A stretch of DNA of 64,000 nucleotides from Mobula hypostoma (taxonomy: Eukaryota), in NCBI RefSeq assembly GCF_963921235.1, contig NC_086118.1, forward strand, positions 15,564,001 through 15,628,000. Reading direction: 5' to 3'. Of the stretch, positions 39,385 through 64,000 are shown piece by piece (positions within the stretch are counted from its first letter, which is position 1; each line of letters starts with the position of its first letter). The notes beneath the pieces are model-generated. The model was given only the letters and a program-made list of their open reading frames with translations, was not told where the DNA came from and ran no database searches. Position numbers and translations under genes: made by a program.

Positions 39385-39513
39385 TCAAATTACTGACTGT
39401 GCTTCTCTAATTATATCCTGATATTAGAATACCAGCTGATGAAATGATCAGGTGTTTGTATACTAAATATGGGAACTGAACCTGCTGTGCTGACAAAAAA
39501 CGGTATATATAAA
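39385..39513 (+). promoter_or_regulatory. Myosin heavy chain proximal promoter
   Basis: TATAAA at 39508-39513. CArG-like CTAAATATGG (39463-39472). E-boxes CAGCTG (39433) and CAGGTG (39449). AT-rich TCTAATTATATCC (39406-39418). Lies directly upstream of short exons with consensus splice donors. Confidence 0.75.
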
Positions 39514-39537
39514 TTGTGCAGAGAACAGAGAGAATTG

Positions 39538-39556
39538 CTGGTGTCCAACCATCTGG
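39538..39556 (+). other. Putative non-coding exon 1 (start approximate)
   Basis: Begins ~25-30 nt after the TATA box and ends TGG|GTAAGT. Sarcomeric MYH genes have two short 5' UTR exons. Confidence 0.6.
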
Positions 39557-39789
39557 GTAAGTTTCTCACTAACTTCATCTTAATTACAATATTTTTTCAT
39601 CTCTCCGATGAAGTAATTGGCAGGCAGATCTCATCAAGCTGTGTAGAACATGGTATATTCTTCACAACAGAATAATCCAGGAGATTATCAATGAGTACCC
39701 AACTACGTAAATGTAATCAGCATACTTAAATCAGAGAGAAAGAAAGAGACGTGAATTTACCCATTGTGTTTTGTTTCTTCTTTTGGTAG

Positions 39790-39825
39790 AATTGGCGTAG
39801 AGGATCTTACGGGGGACTGACAAAG
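39790..39825 (+). other. Putative non-coding exon 2
   Basis: Polypyrimidine tract + TAG acceptor ending 39789. AAG|GTAAT donor at 39826. Confidence 0.6.
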
Positions 39826-40754
39826 GTAATATTTTAAAATCAAGCAAGTGTGAACTCCTTTTGTTACACATAAAGCCAATAAGCAAAGTTCAATTATACG
39901 TAGTTATGTTTTGTTGAATTTGTTGTTTCACTTTCAAGCACAGAACGTCCAAGTTCGTGGTATGCTAAACACTTCAATCATTCGACATTTGTTCACCTAA
40001 GTCGCAACCCAAGCAGCTGTTTCCATCCAGAAGTACTGTATCGTAGATGAATTTAATGAAATGTAAATATTCACATACTTCATGCAACTGTGGCACAGTT
40101 ACTAATACTTCCCACAATGCCCAAACCTTACGTTTTAATATTAATGTAATTGAAAAAATACTTTCACTGGATTATTTACTTATCACTCTGAACATGCCAA
40201 ACAAATTAATAGTTAATGAAAAAGATGTGTGCAAACACGAAACTTCCGAATGGTTCCCTCATTTTATTATCCTTAAAGTAACTGTATCCATTATAGTATA
40301 CGAGTTAAAAAAGATTTCTAATGAATAACAGTTCAAGCTGAATGCACAGCCAAAAATTAGATATGCAGGCTTTTTAATAGTCAAGGTAGAAACTGTATTT
40401 TAATATGGTCTCAATCAGATCACAAAACGCGATTATTTCAGAGATCTAAATGCATTGAAGGGTAAAGGATACTTATTTAATACAATTCATTTAAATAAGA
40501 TGTTCATATAATTGTTATAAATGCATTGTACTTTATCAATCACTACGATAGGGGACAAAAATAATCAAAAGAAAATTCAGAAACTCAGAAATAAAGGAGA
40601 AAAATTAATGCTTCTAAATCATAGTTCAGTGTTATGCCGCATTTAAAAAAACAGAATTTATTGTTTTCTACAAGCAATACATGCAGTATGCTGATATTAT
40701 GCGAGATTAAATAATTTAAACGTTCCTTGTATATTCCAGCGATAGATCGAAGCC

Positions 40755-62347
<21,593 letters not shown>

Positions 62348-62435
62348 ATGACAACCTGAAACGGTCCAAAGAAGAAATACACAAAATGTGTATTTCTCTG
62401 TAACATAGTTTTATAAATGTAGTAATATCAACAGA

Positions 62436-62441
62436 AATAAA
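62436..62441 (+). terminator. Polyadenylation signal of the myosin gene
   Basis: AATAAA 89 nt after the TAG stop. The short 3' UTR contains ACAAAATGTG, a motif typical of sarcomeric MYH 3' UTRs. Confidence 0.8.
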
Positions 62442-63319
62442 TGTGCAACACTAAAATGTATCTTTGTCAACTCATGCTTGTTAGATGATTCAATCATCAT
62501 GGTAGGATATAAGCAACATATGGAAAAACTCGAGGCATTATGATACAAAGACAAATATTGATGGTAATATAATATTAAGAAATAATTGGAATAGAAAACT
62601 TACAGAACAATACAGGCCCTGTGGCCCACAAAGCTGTGCCGAACATGGAATGACACATATGAAACATGTTTCAATCAAGAATCAGGCATAGCAGAAAACC
62701 AATCCGCTAATCAAATTGTGCCAAAACATAAAAGGAGTTTCAAGCCTTATTAATACATTCTGCCTGAAATGAAGTACCTGTGCTATCTCCACTGGCATTT
62801 TGCACACATAGTGCTAATTTATGAGTGACCAATATCACTGGCAACATCCAGAAATGTAATTCTGGGGAAGAGTTAACGTGGTACAAGTAGAACCGCTGTG
62901 GAATCAGAAGTGGCCCCTTTATTCTTTCTTAAGGTGTCTTGCAAAATATTGGGTACAGTAAAAAAAAATTAGCTTTCTCACCATGTTGGACTGCATTATT
63001 CCAGTATGATGACCAGAATAGATCATTCTCTACTTACTGCTCCTTAAAATTTCAGCAAGCAGATCTAAATAATCCTTTTTTTCTCTATTTATGTATGCAA
63101 GGGTACACTGCTCTAAGTTGCTGAACTAAGGCTTGAGAAATAGGAAATATCAATATATTTAAGAAATATCTAGAAGAGCAATTGAATTGCCATAGTATAG
63201 CAATGTGCCAAATGCTGGTAAATAGTATTATTGTGGATGGGTAGTTAGTGTTCAATGTGGCCATAGTGGACTGGAGGCTCCTTTTTGAATATTATAACAA
63301 TGAACACTATATAAAGTCA

Positions 63320-63953
63320 ATCGTGGACAAGTGTGCCCCCACGAAACATTCAGGGTCCTCCCCAACCACAAGCCCTAGATGAACGAAAAGATCTTCAATT
63401 TTCTGAGAACCATATCAGTAGAGTTCAAGTCATGTAAAATACAAAACCATACAAGAGGTCCAGGTACAACATCCAGAAAGTCCTATCACATGCAAAGTAG
63501 TATCTCCAGACCAAACTTGAATCATAGAAGGATGCTCAACAGCTGTAGAAGGGCTTGAATATAATCACTTCCTACAAAGTAAAACCAAGTGACATGTGAC
63601 AGCAAGGTTTTGTTCCCAGAGGAGCTTAATGCATTTTATGCTTGCTTTGACTGTCAAAACATGGAGGCACCTTCACGAATTCGCACGGCCTAATGACCCT
63701 GTGATTTCAATGTCTGAGGCTGGTGTGAGAGTATCCATTAGAAGAGTGAACCCTCAGAAAGCATCTAGACCAGATGGAGTACCTGGCTCAGTACTAAAGA
63801 CCCGTATGAGTGTTCACTAATACTGTATATTTAATCTCTCATTTCAGCAGTCTGTGGTACCCACCTGCTTCAAGTAGGCTTCAATTATACCCATGCACAA
63901 GAAGAATGTGTAACCTGCCTCAATGATTGTCATCCAGTAGCACTTACATCCAT
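63320..63953 (+). mobile_element. Decayed Rex1/Babar LINE fragment, followed by an antisense CR1 tail at the window edge
   Basis: RRVNPQKASRPDGVPG, VPTCFK, LNDCHPVALTS. Confidence 0.7.
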
Positions 63954-64000
63954 AGGACCATAAGACAAAGGAGCAGAAGTTGGCCATTCGGCCCATCGAG

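Overview
Eukaryotic vertebrate genomic DNA. The repeat families and myosin sequence suggest a cartilaginous fish, probably a ray (inference, not database-checked). The first ~39 kb is a dense, nested set of mostly decayed transposons: CR1, Rex1/Babar, RTE and L1 LINEs, Penelope-like elements, Gypsy remnants, a solo LTR, a Tigger/pogo-type DNA transposon and a tRNA-derived SINE. From ~39.4 to ~62.45 kb on the + strand lies one complete sarcomeric myosin heavy chain gene of fast-skeletal type, with a TATA promoter, two probable non-coding exons, 39 hand-spliced coding exons (5805 nt, 1934 aa) and a polyA signal. One intron carries a very young CR1 with an unbroken endonuclease+RT reading frame next to a solo LTR. 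I found no clearly new multi-gene system. The best leads are the intact intronic CR1, hammerhead-like motifs in Penelope terminal repeats, an atypical actin-binding motif (EECIVPK), a duplicated 3' splice site, a possibly deeply conserved promoter element and an in-frame CR1-RTE chimera. Repeat boundaries are approximate unless a target-site duplication (TSD) is quoted.
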